In this document: positions 63,904-64,000 of the stretch, in pieces
Layout: each line of letters begins with the position of its first letter
Position numbering within the stretch: the stretch's first letter is position 1
Origin: Phoronis australis
Lineage: Eukaryota > Animalia > Phoronida
Reading direction: 5' to 3'
NCBI GenBank assembly: GCA_002633005.1
Contig: NMRA01000103.1
Span: 527,612-591,611 of the forward strand
Length of the DNA: 64,000 bases
Notes under the pieces: generated by a model
What the model was told of the DNA's origin: nothing
What the model saw: only the letters and a program-made list of their open reading frames with translations
Database searches by the model: none
Program-made: the position numbers and the translations under genes

Positions 63904-64000
63904 TATTTAGGTAAATGTACTTAGTGCTAAGTGTTCAAACTTGTGGGGCTGCTGTGTTTTGTATTTTGTTGCATGGCACACACAAAGGAAATACAGTAAA

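Noticed and set aside
63584-63904. Cys/Trp-rich 106-aa ORF
   Set aside because: It is the antisense translation of the 24-bp minisatellite.

Overview
Repeat-rich eukaryotic DNA from an invertebrate animal, probably a marine lophotrochozoan (inferred from the gene and transposon types). Three host loci are supported. (1) The last coding exon of an LMO4-like LIM-only gene (2340-2529, +). (2) An intronless STELLO/DUF288-like glycosyltransferase ORF (47019-48968, +) whose upstream N-terminal part looks decayed. (3) A 5-coding-exon gene of about 850 aa (54835-63517, +) that joins an RFX-like winged-helix region and a Cys-rich, possibly transposon-derived domain to about 16 C2H2 fingers. Most of the rest is nested mobile DNA. 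It includes two young L1/Tx1 copies with TSDs, one still carrying a ~1000-codon ORF fused in frame to flanking sequence, and hAT-like elements with unusual 5-bp and 6-bp TSDs. There are also two Kolobok deletion derivatives keeping THAP and KolX-like starts, Penelope-like ends (one a foldback with decayed hammerhead cores), and an IS3EU transposase relic behind a 21-bp array. Relics of Gypsy, CR1-group LINE, THAP, HIRAN, Academ-like and SWIM type, SINE heads and several minisatellites complete the picture. Family assignments come from motifs recognised by eye, not from database searches.
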